Shown here: in pieces, positions 10,642 through 22,729 of the stretch
Position numbering within the stretch: the stretch's first letter is position 1
Layout: every line of letters begins with the position of its first letter
Source: Rebecca billardiae RCC1528
Lineage: Eukaryota > Protista > Haptophyta
Direction of reading: 5' to 3'
Assembly (NCBI GenBank): GCA_965240325.2
Contig: OZ251224.1
Span: forward strand, 1,054,001-1,118,000
Length of the DNA stretch: 64,000 bases
The notes under the pieces: generated by a model
The model's input: the letters and a program-made list of their open reading frames with translations, nothing else
Databases searched by the model: none
Told to the model about the DNA's origin: nothing
Position numbers and translations under genes: made by a program

Positions 10642-13532
10642 CTACACCCCACCCGCGCCTGACGCTCGTGGCTGGTGCAGCGGGCGCAGCAGCACGAGCG
10701 CGAGCACGGAGCCGGGCGCGCGCGCCTCGCCGCTCGCCTGCGCGGGCCCCCTGTGCAGCAGCTCCGTGTACGCCTGTGCAAACGCCTGCTGGATCTGGCT
10801 GATGCGGAAGCAGTTTCGGCCGACGTTGTTCTGCGGGCGCAGCGGGTCCTCGATATAGAGCGGGTCGAACCAGCACTTGTCCTCGCCGCCCGCCCACGGC
10901 CCCGCCTGCCCGCCCAGGTAGCCCGCGCGGCCGTGCACAGCAAGCTGCTGCTGCGGCGGCGTCGCGTACGGCAGCAGCGCGGCGTGCTGCAGCGCCACGC
11001 CCTGCGCGTAGTCGCCCGCCTCGCTCGCGGCGCGGCCGTGCTGTCTGTACGGCCGCTGCCCGCTCTGCTGCGGCACCGCCGCCGTCCAGTGGATCGGCGA
11101 GGATGGCGGCCTGGGCGCGCGATGTGGGGCGCGCGCCAGCGCGCGAACGAGCGTGAGCGTGTGGGCGCGCACCGCGCGCGCCGCCGCGCGCGCCGCCTCG
11201 GGTCTCCGCGCGCGCACCACGAGGCGTTGGGCTCGATGCGCGGCAGGAAGTGGCCCTCGCCGCGCACGCTCACGCCCATGTTCCGCGCCGAGAACTTGGA
11301 GCCGTAGAAGTCGAGGCACTTCGCGAGCAGCGCGCCGAGGTTGGGCCCGCGCCCAGGCCCGGACGTCAGGTCGGCCGCGCCCTCCGGGTGTGCGCGGCAC
11401 TCCTGCAGGAAGCGCGCCACGAGCAGCGCCAGCCCGTACGAGGACATGCCCCCCAGGTAGGGCTTGTCCAGGTGGCGCTCGGAGAGGAAGTGCTTGAGCA
11501 CGAGCACGAGCGCGGAGAACGCCGGGTGCGAGGAGCACAGCTCGTGCATCAGCGCGCGCGCGCTAAGGCCGTTGTGGTTGGCGCCTGCCGCGTGCGCACG
11601 GGGGCGCGCGGTGGCGGCCGGCGGTGCGCGCGGCCGTGTCAGGCGCGGGTGTGGTGCGCGCGCACACGCGGAGCGGCGGTGGGCGCGCGGGCGCGGCGCC
11701 GCGCGGCGCCGCGCGCACCCTCGAAAGAGATGTCCAGGCGGATGGGCGCCTCTGGGTCGAATGCAGAGCCCGCGGCCGCGCCGCCCGCGCCGACGCCGCC
11801 GCCTTCGGCCGCTGTGCCGCCCGCGCCGCCGCCGCCGCCGCCGGCCGCCGCGCCCGGCTCGGGCGTGGTGGCTCTGGCGAAGGCGCCGCGCCGCGTCTCG
11901 AACGAGATGATCGGCACGGCCGCGTCCACCGTGCGCACCGTGTCCGGCGCCACCCAGTCCTGCGAGAGCAGGCAGCGCGCGAGGTTTTGCTGCCACGTCT
12001 CCTTGATCGCGTTGCGCCCCTCGAGCACGCCCGCCGTCTCGGACATGGCGTGCGAGGCGCGCACGGGCGGCAGCGTGACGACGAGGTCGATGTCGGAGGC
12101 GGGGAGCTGCAGCGCGGTGCCGAACGAGCCGAACGCGTGCACCTGCGCGCGCGGCCACAGCTGCGCCGCGAGCGTGCGCACGCGACCGATCGCCGCGACG
12201 TGCCGCGGCCGCAGCGCGTGCGTCGCCGCCGCCGCCTCGGCGACAAAAGTCTCGACGTCCGAGTGCAGCGCGGTGTACATGCCCTCGACCGGCACCATCG
12301 TGGCGGCGGCGGCGGCGTTGGCGAGCACGGCGGCGGCGCTGGCGAGCTGCGCGGAGAGCAGGGCGAGGTGCGCGCCCGTCTCGTGTGCCGAGTCTGACGG
12401 CATCGGCCGCAGCACCGACGGCGGGATCGGCACGCCGTCCGGCCCGAGCGGCGCGAGCCCGCCCTCGGCCGCGTCCACGCCGCAGAGCCTGGAGAGCGTG
12501 AGCGTCATCGAGCGCAGCTGCGACTCGAGCCGGTTGCACGAGGAGCGGTAGAGCAGGTTCTCCTGGCGCAGCCGCGCGGCCTCGGCGATCGCGGCAGCGG
12601 CGGCGGCAGTGGCGGCCGAAGTCGCGGCGCGCGAGTCCTCCGCCACGGCCTCGGCGCGGAGCGCGCCGCCGCCGCCGCCGCCGCCGCGCGCCGCCGCCTC
12701 GTGCGCGCCGCTGCCCGCCGCGCCCGCGCCGCCGCCGCCCTCCGCGCTCACCTCCGCGATCGCCGGCGGCGGCGAGGGGCGCGCGGCCGCGCCGCCCCCA
12801 AACACGCCGCCGCCGCCGCCGCCAGCCGCGGGCGAGGGCGAAGTGGGAGCGGAGGCGTGCAGCAGCAGCGCGCCACCGGCCGCGCGACTCCCGCCGGCCG
12901 CGCCGCCGGCGCCGCCGCTGCCGACGCACATGGCTGCGGCCGCGGCGGAGGCGGGGCCGCCCCACCTGCTCAGACCCGCGCCGCCGCCGCCGCCGCCGCC
13001 GCAGCTCGCGCCCGGCGCGGAGGTGGGGTGCTGCTGCGGCGTGGACGGCGGCGACTCGGAGGGCGTGCGGCACGGCGTGTGCAGCAGCGCGTGCGCAGAC
13101 GCGAGCGCGTGCGATGCGGAGTGCAGCCCGACGCTCGGGGGGGCCGCGCGGCCGCCTCCGGCGCACGCGAGCGCATGCACGCCGCGCGCGCCCGCGCCGT
13201 CGGCGCCGCCGCCCTCGCCCATGCCGGCGGCGCCGTGCGCACCCGCGCCGCCCCGGTGCAGCGCGGCCGTCGGTGCGGACGGCCGGCGCGCGCGCAGCTT
13301 TGGGTTGGCGCCATCCGCGTCCGCGCTCTCCGCCTCCGCGCGCTCCGCGGGATCGAGCTGCGCACAGGCGGCGACGGCCGCGGCAACCGCCGCGCTCGGT
13401 ACGGCGCCGTCGCCCGCGCCGTCGCCCGCGCCCCGGCCCGGCAGTGTGCCGTGCGCGCCCGCCTCGCTGCCCTCCGCCTCGGCGACCGAGCCGAGCGACG
13501 GACCGCCTGCAACGGGCGAAGCGCATGCGACA

Positions 13533-13567
<35 letters not shown>

Positions 13568-16285
13568 GCACGCGCTGCCGCCAAGCTGCGCGGCGGCGCC
13601 GGCTGCGAGGCTGTCCGCCAGCGCGCGCGTGCGCGCCGCGCCGCCCAGCGCGCCGCCGCCCATGCCCGCCCACGCCGCGCGCAGCCCGGCCCCGTCCGCC
13701 ACGCCGCTCGGCCGCTGGCGCGCGCGCAACGCCACCGCCATCATGTCGAGGTCAAGGTCATCGGCCGCGGCGGTGCGCCTTGCGCCGGGAGCGCCACCGC
13801 CGCCGCCGGCGGGCGGCGCGCCATCGCGCGGCTCAGCCGAGCGCGGCGTGATCTCCGCGGTGTGCGCGCGCTGCAGCACGCCGCACGCGCCGCCCGCCGC
13901 GGCGGCGCGCGAGCGCGCGGGCGGCGACGGCGTGTGCGGAGCGTCGACCACGCACGCCGCCGCCCAGCCAGGCTGGGGCGGCGTGCCCGCGTGCGCGGCG
14001 GCGGTGCCTCTGTGCGCCGGCTGTGCCATCGGCTGCAGCGGCGGCGGTGCGGTCTGTGCGGACGGCGGCTGCGCGCGAGCGCCGCCGCCGCACGCGCCGC
14101 CACCCGCGCCGCCGCCAGCGCCGCCAGCGGCAGCGGCAGCGGCGGCAGGCGAGCGCGGCGCGCTCGGCCCGCCACCGCGCTCGGCGCCGCCCGAGCCCGC
14201 GGCCGCGAGGGTGGGCTGCTCCCGACCCGGCGGCGGCGGCGCGCGTGGCAGCGCCGCACACCCTTGCGCCTGCTGCGCGGCCGCGGCCGCGGCGACGGCG
14301 GCCTGCGAGCGCCCACCGGAGGACAGTGCGCGCGCGCGCGCACACTGGCCAGCGGCGGCGCCGAGCGGCGCGGCCGCGCCCGCCGCTGCGCCGTGCCGTG
14401 CGCACGCCGCGCCGGCCGCCGCCGCCGCCTCCGCCACTCCAGACTCGTCATCGCACGCGGTGGCGCGCGTGCGCCCGACCGCATCAGACGGCTGCTGCTG
14501 CTGCGGCGGCGGCGGCGGCTGCTGCTGCTGCGAGTGCGACGGCAGCGCTGGCTGCGGCCGCGCGCTCTCGCGCATCACGCGCTCAGCAGCGTCGGACGCG
14601 GCGCGCGGCCGGCGCGGCGGCGCGGGTGAGACGGTGGCGGAGGGCACACGCGAGGAGGCAGCGGTCGCTGCCTTGCCGTGCGGCGCGGGCGCGGGCGGCG
14701 CGCGCGGCGAGCAGCCCGCGGCCGCGGCGCCGCGCTCTGCCGGCCCGCTGCCCCCGCTGCTCCCCGGTGCAGCGCGCGTGGCTGCGGGCGCGGGCGCGGC
14801 CGCCGCGGCCGCGCGCGGCGCGGCGCGCGCGCGCGGCGCGGCAGCGGCCGCGGCCACAGCCGCCGCGCCGAGCGCGCCGCCCTGCGCGCCCGCATCGGTG
14901 CCTGAGGAGGCGGAGCGCTGCGCGGCCGGCGGCAGCGGCGGCGGCGCGCCGAGCGACGCGCTCCCTGCCGGCCCGCGCGACTGCTGCGCGGGCGACGAGG
15001 GCACGGAGCGCGGGCGCACCTCCGGAGCATCGGGCGCAGCGCTCGGCGCGGCGGCGGGGTCTGCGCGCGCGCGCGCCGACGCCGCCGACGCCGCCGGCGC
15101 CGGCAGCGGAGCGCCCGCCGGAGCGCGCGGCGGCGTAGCTGCGGCCGGCGCGGCGGCGGCGGCCGGCGCCGCGGCGGGCGCGCCGTCGGCGGGAGGCTGC
15201 GCCGCCGCGGCCACCCCGGGCGCGCTGGCGCCGTCGGCGCCTCCGCCACCGGCCGCGCCGCGCGCCGCGCGCCGCTCGGGCGCGCGCACCGTGGCGCCGC
15301 GCGCGCGCGCGCGCTCTGGCGCGGCCGCAGCCAAGGGCGCGCTCGGCGGCGGCGGCGGCGGCGCGCTGCCGGCCGTGCGCGCCCGCCCCCGCCGCTTCCG
15401 CGCCCCGCCGCCGCCCGCGCCCGCCTCCTCCGCCTCGACGAGCTCGGCAGCGGCCGCGCTCGCCGCTCGCTCCGCCAGCTCCGACCCGACCGCGCGCGCC
15501 ACCGCGTCAGCAAGCGTGTCTGCACGCGGCAGCGGCGAGAGGAAGAGAGACTCGACAAAGGCCTCGACGCAGCCGGCGGGCACCGCCGGCGCGCTCGCCG
15601 CGTCGGCAGCCGCCGTCGCCGCCGCCGCATCCGCGCCGCTGCCCACACCGCGCGCCTCGTCCGCGCTCGCCGCGCCTCGCAGCACGTCGGCCAGCGTCGT
15701 GTCGACAGGGGCGGCGTCGAGCAGGGCGGACGGCTGCTCAGCGCGCGCGACGCGGGCGGAGGGGGTGAGCGCGGGGGTCGCGCCGGCTGCGCCGCCGCCG
15801 CCGGCAGCCGTGTGCGCATCCGCGCTCCGCGAGCGCGCAGCCGCGCACGCCGCGCCGCCGTCCACACCGCCGGCGCGCGAGGCCCCTTCGCCCACGCCCC
15901 GCAGGCCGCCCAGGCAGAACGGCTCGTCAGCCGGCCGGCCGGGCCCCCAGCCACGGCCTTCGAGCAGCGTGGTGAGCTCGCTCAGGCGCTGCCAGTGCAG
16001 CCTCAGCGCCGCCTCCGTCGGCGCGCCGCCGCCGCCGCCGCCGCCGCCGCCATTGCACCCGTTCTGCCGCCGGGCGCCGCCACCGCCGCCGCCGCCGCCA
16101 CCGCCGCCGCCGCCGCCACCGCCGCCACCGCCGCCACCGCCGCCGCGCGCGCCGCCCTCCGCAATGTGCCACGCGCCCGCGCGCGTGCGCGTGCGCGCCT
16201 CGCGCGCGACGTGGGCGGCGACAAGCCGCGCGAGCGGCGCAGCGCCGCCCTTCGGCCCGCGCTCGGCGCTGTGGCTGCGGCCCTT

Positions 16286-16320
<35 letters not shown>

Positions 16321-17260
16321 TGCCGCCGCCACTGCCGCCGCCACTGCCGCCGCCGCCATGGCCGTTGGCAGTCGCGAGCGCGAGCGCGTCCGCGCGCGCG
16401 CAGTACGCGGTGGCCGTGTCGATGGCGTCGCGGTGGCGCGGCGGGATGACCGGCTCGACGGCGCCGCGCGCGCCGCCGCGCGCCGCGCGCGCCGCACGCC
16501 ACGCCGTGCGCAGCCTGCGCTCGAGCAGCGAGGCGAGCGTGCGGCCAAGGGACGCCCACTCGCCCCACACAAACCAGGGCGCGGCCGTCCACGCGCACTC
16601 GGGGTCGGGCGGCTTGGGCTCGGGGATGCGGAGGAAGCAGCCCGCCGAGAGCGTGTCCAGCGCGCCCACCAGCGCGCGCACGTCCGCCAGCAGCGCGCGC
16701 GAGAGCACCACCGTGTCCTGCGGCGCGCCGTCCGCGGTGCCAGAGGCGAGCAGCCGCACCGCGCCGCTCAGCAGCTCGTCCGCGGCGCGCACGCGCGCGC
16801 TGGTGCCGGTGAGCTCGAAGTCGGAGAGCGCGTCCCAGGTCCGGCTGCACCGCCACGTCTCGCCCGTCGCGTCGCCGCGCACCTCGGTGAACTGCGCGAG
16901 CGCCGTGCGTGCGCGCGTGTGGAAGAAGGCCGGGGCCGTGCTGCGGCCGCCGCGGCGCGCGGCCGCGCCGGCGGCCCCGCCGCGCGCGTCGCGGCCGACG
17001 CGCATGTCGAAGTCGGCCATCACCATGAAGGTGGACTGCCCGCGCCCCTCCGCCGCAGCCACCTTGTGCGCCATCTGCCGCAGCAGCTCTGCCCACGAGC
17101 GGTCGCGCGTCGCCATCGCCTCCTCGCGCGCGCTCACGGGCAGAGAGGCGAACCAGCGCAGGATGGCGCTGCGCTCGTCCGCACCAGAGCCCGCGCCGCC
17201 ACGCGCCGCCGGCCGACCAACGAAGGCCGGCAGATCTGGCGTCGGCTCGAAGGCGCGCAT
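10642..17260 (-). CDS. Non-canonical poly(A) polymerase / terminal nucleotidyltransferase (TRF4/PAPD5-type catalytic core; N-terminus resembles plant NTP8/MEE44); exons 17260-11719, 11584-11218, 11110-10642
   Basis: Pol-beta motif FGSFGTALQLPASDIDLV, third Asp in RLDISFEG, LVLVLKHFLSERHLDKPYLGGMSSYGL, and PAP-associated LYIEDPLRPQNNVGRNCF. GT-AG introns 11718-11585 and 11217-11111. Confidence 0.88.
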
Positions 17261-17352
17261 GGCCCGCACCGCGCCTCCACGGGCGCCTTTGCCTGGCCCT
17301 CCGCTTGGCCAGCGTGGACCTGTCCGTTACCCACATACAATACTAAAACATA

Positions 17353-17404
17353 CAGTTTACTAAGAGTAAGAGTCTGAAGAGACGCACACAGCTCAGGCAG
17401 GCGA
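17353..17404 (+). repeat. Repeat family A variant
   Basis: TA|CAGTTTACTAAGAGTAAGAGTCTGAAGAGACGCACACAGCTCAGGCAGGCGA. Confidence 0.75.
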
Positions 17405-20400
17405 CAGTACCGTCACTGTATTGTAGCTACATCACGACTATTAGACAGGGCACGATGGCGGGCTGGTGGCGCACGTTCTCCCCGCCCGCGGAGGGCAGCC
17501 GGCAGCCGCGGCTTTCTGGGGCGCAGTCGCGCAAGCACTGCTCTGGCGCCACCCATGACCGTCGCACACACGGCTGTTGGCGCAACCTGTCGGCTATATA
17601 TGGACCTCTCTGTCTCAGTCAGAGTGAGACTGAGAGCGAGCCCTCTTAAACTCTTTGCACTTGTCGAATGCCGTACTTATAAATTCCCCTTTATAACGAC
17701 GGGCTCCGGGTGATCAGACTGGCGGCCTGCGGTCACCGTAACGGCTAAGTAGTTGTAAGTTGAGCGGGCATGGTGTTCATGGTCACATGGTGTTGATTCC
17801 AGATTCGGCCATCTGCTGTGCTTTTGGACGCGCCGAGTGACGCGTTTGACGGCTTGGTCGTACGATGTGTGCATTATTCCTTAGTTATCCTCAGGGAACT
17901 GTAAGTCGTGGGCGGCCGGAGGGGCGGCAGGTGTCATTAGCCGTCCGAATGGACGCAGTGCGGCGGCAGTGCTTCCTCGGCCAAGTCGGCTGCCCAGGCT
18001 GGGACCCGTTTGCTCTAGACGACACCGGACGCACAGCAGCACTTCAGTGACGTCAATCGGGGGTGAGGGGTCAGATATGAATAATTATTATGCGACTTTC
18101 CTGCACTGTGGTCTGCATGGATCGGGCGTCGCTCTTCAGCCAGCCGCGCAGGGGTGGCCAAGATGTCGCACGGTGCCGCTGGGCGTAACCTGGGACTGGG
18201 GTAAACAGTGGACCGATTCTGCTAGGAGTAGCAGCGGACAGTACGGTCATCATCGCAGCGCATATTATCATCGTGACGATTTAATATATTCAGTGATAAC
18301 TGACGACTTATTCTGATCTGATATACAGATTGCAGGCTGCGCGCATGACGTCTACGCCTGGTACGCCTACGGTGCAGTGCAGGTCCGTCCCGCAGATTCT
18401 CGAACTACGGTCAGTGCAAGTAGCACTGCTGCACCGTACCCCGTAGGACGGGCCACGCGACGGGCAGCCTCATCAATACCTACCTCGTCAGTCCGGCGCC
18501 TCAGATGATGTCTCATATTATGGCCCGCGGTGCAGGGCGGAGCGCGCAGCGTGGAGCCCGCAGTGCGGGCCCTAACCACGTTTCAAAAAGATCTTTGATC
18601 AAAGAAAAAAGGGACGTGGCCGGGGCGATTTTCAGGGAGGTGGAGACCGAGTTTCGATTTTTTGAGACCGCATAGAGCGGGTTCATTCGGCGAGAAAAGG
18701 GCGCGCCCACGATATTCCCCAAGTAAAGTGCGATCTGGACGTGAGCCGGACGTGACTTTAGCGTAACGGTTCGTTACGAGCGAATCGTATTCGTCGTCCC
18801 GGATCGCGTGACGTCCGGACTGGGCCACTTCCGGATCGGAGGTGACGTGCCCCGCACGATGGCGGCGGATGGCGGACCAACCCCTGGCTGCGAGCGCGCC
18901 TGCACGTGCCTCCGGACCCGCCTCCCGCTTGCTGCTCACGCAGTCAGCTGCGACCGTGGCGCATGATCGCAGAAGCAGTGCCGGCAGTACGGCCTGCCGA
19001 TCAGCTAGTGCCGCGCCGTCGTGGCGCGCGCGGTAGTTGCGTTTGCAGCGCTCGCGCTCGGCGACGGCACGCGCGTGCGGCTCAGGTGTGTCGAATGCGG
19101 TCTCGTCGGCGCGCTTTCGCCTGCCACCTCGTGCACCCGTGCCGCCAGCTTCATCGTCTTCATGAGGACTGCTGCTGCTGCCGCCATCCGCTCTCCATCA
19201 CCCCGAGTGGCGAGTCGCGCGGCGCGCGCGGTAGCAGGGCGTACGGTCACTCTCACCCGTGCAACGGGTCAAGTGGCCAGAGTACGTCTGGTCGTTGGCT
19301 GGCACGGGCCGCAGCGCTAAAGCACCCTGCTGTCACACCCGACTCCTTCAGTACTCCGAGCTCCGCGGCACGACTCACTCGGCACGATCGCGGACGGGTC
19401 GGATCCGAGTTCGGAGTTGATCAGCCAGAGTTGGACATTTGGCAGCTAGTTGTCAGGCGGACGTCCGATTTGACCGGTGCCGGGTGCGGTCTCAGGTCCG
19501 CTGCTGTGATTGTGTGAAGCGTGAATGAGTCTCGCGGTCGCAGGCAGGGCGACGGTCGGACTAATTAATATATAGCTTCAGTCATCTCAGAACCGACTTC
19601 AACTGGCGAACTGCCACGACTACGGCGGAGAGCCGCGATTGCACGGCCACCGCGGGCCCCCAACTGCGTTGATTCTATGCAGAAAAGGACCGCGGGACGC
19701 GGTCATATGATGCGTCCACTCACAATAAATATATAACTGCGTGCGCTATCATTGGGTACCGTGCGACTGACGGACAGGCGACACTAGAGGCCTAGTCACA
19801 GTTAGTCGGAGTCGTACAGTAAGTGGTGAGCCTCCCGCCGAGGTCCGAGCCTAGCTAGTAGCTAGTAGCTGACGGCAGCAAGTTATTATACGATGCCTGA
19901 CTCGGGCGGCAGGGCAGCGTGTTAGTTCGTCCGAGTGAACAGACTCTCCGAAGTCCGAGACTGATTGTTCGCGCCAGGCGGCGCGGGGCGGCTCGTCCCG
20001 GGGCCGGGCGGCGCCGCGCCGCCGACGGCGGCGGCGACGGCCGCGGACCGCGTGTCATAATAGTCACCCCCGTACCTGCGCCGTGTGATAACGGAAGCCT
20101 AGCTAGCTAGTAGCTACGGTCCGTACAGGAAGTACAGTCCGAGTCAGACTCGTCAGTACCGCGCCTGGCTAAATAGTAAATAGCTACCCGGGGACGACGG
20201 GGAATAATATGCCGCTGAGGCTACGGTACCGTGACCGCTGTCTGTAGAGTGTAGAGCTCCTGTCTGATTCGGGCTGATTCGGCCTTCGGGCTATTATTGC
20301 CTATTCAATGCCTGATGATTCAGTACTGAGACTAGCCTTAGTTATTACGAGGCCGCCCTTGACGACGTGCCGATACCGACCGTCGGACGGCCTGACGAGG

Positions 20401-20609
20401 CGTTCGGGCCCTGTCTGCTACTGCCACTCCCGCCGATTGAGTGGAACTTAGAGTAGTAACTTAGACAGTGAGACTGCGCCTGCGGTCTACTCGGGAGACG
20501 CGGTGACCCGCGCCGTGAGCCCCCGGCTGACTCGGCACTCGGGCCGCTGCGGGCACTGACCGAGTGCGCTCTATATCGGCTGTGCCTGCTGGTCATGGTT
20601 GCCAGCTAG

Positions 20610-21241
20610 CTAGAGTGTTCTCTGATTCGACCCCGTCTTGCGGTAGGGCCCCGTTGACGCGTACAGGTATGCAGAGTGTGCATCGCCTCGCCAGCCTTGG
20701 TCGAGCGAATGGTGGAACTTGCTCCGAGTCATCGCCGTGCTTAACGTTGTGAATGTTTTGCGCGACTCGCCGAATTTGGTCGCGTTCATGAACTCCTTAC
20801 TGAAGGTTCCACTCTGCGCAAACCACTTCGTCGGCAGCTGGGCGATTGTCGGCGCCCTCAGGCCAATCTCGTGCGATGTTGTTGAGTACATCGGATGCTG
20901 CCGCTTGCGATCCACGTTGCGCCAAGCATCTGCGCGCGCAAAGTGGGACGGACGCAGCAGACGTGTGAGGATTGAATCAATGCGTACATGCCGCATCGCA
21001 CGTGCGCCATGCCACGGGGGCGCAGCCCGCTTCAGCACTCACCCTCATCCCTGAAGCGACCAGGCAGTACTGCGGATGGCAGCTGGATTACCGGGACGGT
21101 GAAGTTCGGGTTTGCGCAGCGAGCGGTTCCGATGGCAGGCAAGATCTCAAAGGTGCGCTGATCTGGGACCTTGCCACTAGGCACGAGCTGCATGTTGGGG
21201 TTCGCCTTGAGGTGCTCAAGCGCAGTCGCGGTGGTGAGCAT
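20610..21241 (-). CDS. PIERCE1/C9orf116/FAP182-like (DUF4490) ciliary microtubule inner protein; exons 21241-21043, 20929-20610
   Basis: Spliced LPGRFRDE|DAWRNVDRKRQHPMYSTTSHEIGLRAPTIAQLPTKWFAQSGTFSKEF matches the recalled PIERCE pattern (P.RF..P..F......HP.Y.T.....G...PT....P........FS). Intron 21042-20930 is GTGAGT...CAG. Confidence 0.7.
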
Positions 21242-21654
21242 GGCGCTAGATCGAGACGCCCGATGGTCGAAACGATGGCGCCCACGAAACGAGTAACAGA
21301 AAATACGCCCCACAGCGGAGTGCTGCCCCGGCCGGCTGGAGTTGATCAAGAGTCGACGACACGAAGTCACGAACGAATGTCCTCGTCAGACTTCCAAAAC
21401 AACAAATCAGACCGCCGCCGACGTGAGTCTTTGCTAGTTGCTTAGTAGCGAAGCTTAGCAGTCGCCCGCCGACTGACAGCGTCGGCATGCGACAGCCGCC
21501 GCGGCAAGATTGAACTGAACATTCTCGGGGTGCCGTCCGGTGCGAGCAGTTGGCGCTGCCAGGCCTCCACGATCGAGCATGGAGTGGATAGACAGCACGA
21601 GCGACGGAGCGAGTACCGCGTTCCAGGCGTACTCGTTCGAGCCAGTCTCGCGTG

Positions 21655-21720
21655 CGAGTTCAGAGGGTCTGCGCGTTGCGCAGCAAAGCTGGCAAGGCTT
21701 TCACGCAGCCTTCGTCATGG
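21655..21720 (-). promoter_or_regulatory. SECIS element (type II) in the GPx 3'UTR
   Basis: Minus strand reads AUGAC-GAAGGCUGCGUG-AAA-GCC-UUGCCAGCUUUGCUGCGCAA-CGCGCAGACCCUC-UGAA: AUGA/GA quartet, ~12-bp helix II, apical AAA and a mini-stem, ~65 nt after the stop. Confidence 0.85.
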
Positions 21721-21784
21721 GTTGGACGGGCGCTCCGAGGCCAGCGCGCCGGTGTCAGTCGTCGCCGCGTGCAGCTGCACGCGC

Positions 21785-22531
21785 TTAGAGGAGCTTGGCA
21801 ATGTCCTCCTCAATCGAGAGAGGGGTTGTCGGCGGGCCATAGCGCTGCACGACCTTGCCTTCTTTGTCCACCAGGAACTTGCCAAAGTTCCATTTCTGCC
21901 GGGTTGGGGCCGTGGGGCGCAAGCGGCATGCAGAGACGAGCACGGTCAGTCGCTGCTGCCGCTGCCACGCGCGGGCGCACGCACGTGCTTTGCGGCATGC
22001 CCGCTTGGGCGGGGTTTGGGGCGCACGGCGGGCACGCACAATGTCCGACAGGAAGGGCGTGCCCGACTTGAGGAAGGCGTAGAGTGGGTGCGTGTTCGGA
22101 CCGTTCACGTCGATTTTTCCGAACACGGGGAATTTGACGCCATAGCCGCTGACAAACTTGCGGATCTCAGCCGCTGTGCCGGGCTCCTGACCGCCAAACT
22201 GGTTGCAGGGGAACGCGAGAACCTCGAAGCCACGCGGAGCCAACCGATCGTACATGTCGACCAGCTCCTTGTAGTTCGAGTCCGTCAAACCTCATTTCGA
22301 CGCCACGTTGACGATCAGGCTCACCTTTCCCTTGTACTTGCTGAGCGACACGTCCTGGTCAGTGTCAAGGTCGCGCGCATTGAAGTCGTATGCGCTCATC
22401 TTCACGGCATGCGAGCTCGAGTGGCGGCCAAGGATGCGCGCAGTCAGCGGCACTTGCGAGGAGAAGGCACGAACCGCGCCCATCTGCGCCGCGAGGACCG
22501 TCACTCGCGCGGCGAGCGACGACGCTGGCAT
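21785..22531 (-). CDS. GPX: Selenocysteine glutathione peroxidase (GPx4/PHGPx-like), TGA=Sec at 22294-22292; exons 22531-22040, 21895-21785; probable mitochondrial presequence
   Basis: Motifs VSLIVNVASK-TGA-GLTDSNY, LAFPCNQFGGQEPG and I|KWNFGKFLVD. The frame continues through TGA. Intron 22039-21896. SECIS lies downstream. Confidence 0.93.
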
Positions 22532-22729
22532 GGCAGCCGGGCGCCTGATGAATAAGACGCTCGAGCCGCCCCGGACTTGTGAAGTCCGGGAGGCTCCGGG
22601 TGGCATTTTTCTTTTCGATCGAGCAAGACAGCAAGTCGAGCAACGGCTCCTGGAGTTTCTATCGGGGGTGTGCGTTGCAGGGGGCGCAGCTGGCGAGCAA
22701 CCTGCGCCACGCTGTCCGTGCCGCCGGCG

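Noticed and set aside
12609-17363. 1584-aa plus-strand ORF and the Arg-rich 10548-13673 frame
   Set aside because: Antisense or off-frame shadows of the nucleotidyltransferase gene. Only 11584-11218 of the latter frame is a real exon.
17640-18320. Short ORFs in a lower-GC tract (also 54089-55194)
   Set aside because: No recognisable motifs, coding bias or consistent splice model. No tRNA, rRNA or snRNA signature was recognised either.
22292-22294. GPx pseudogene with a premature stop
   Set aside because: The TGA is exactly at the catalytic position, the frame and motifs are intact, and a SECIS is present.
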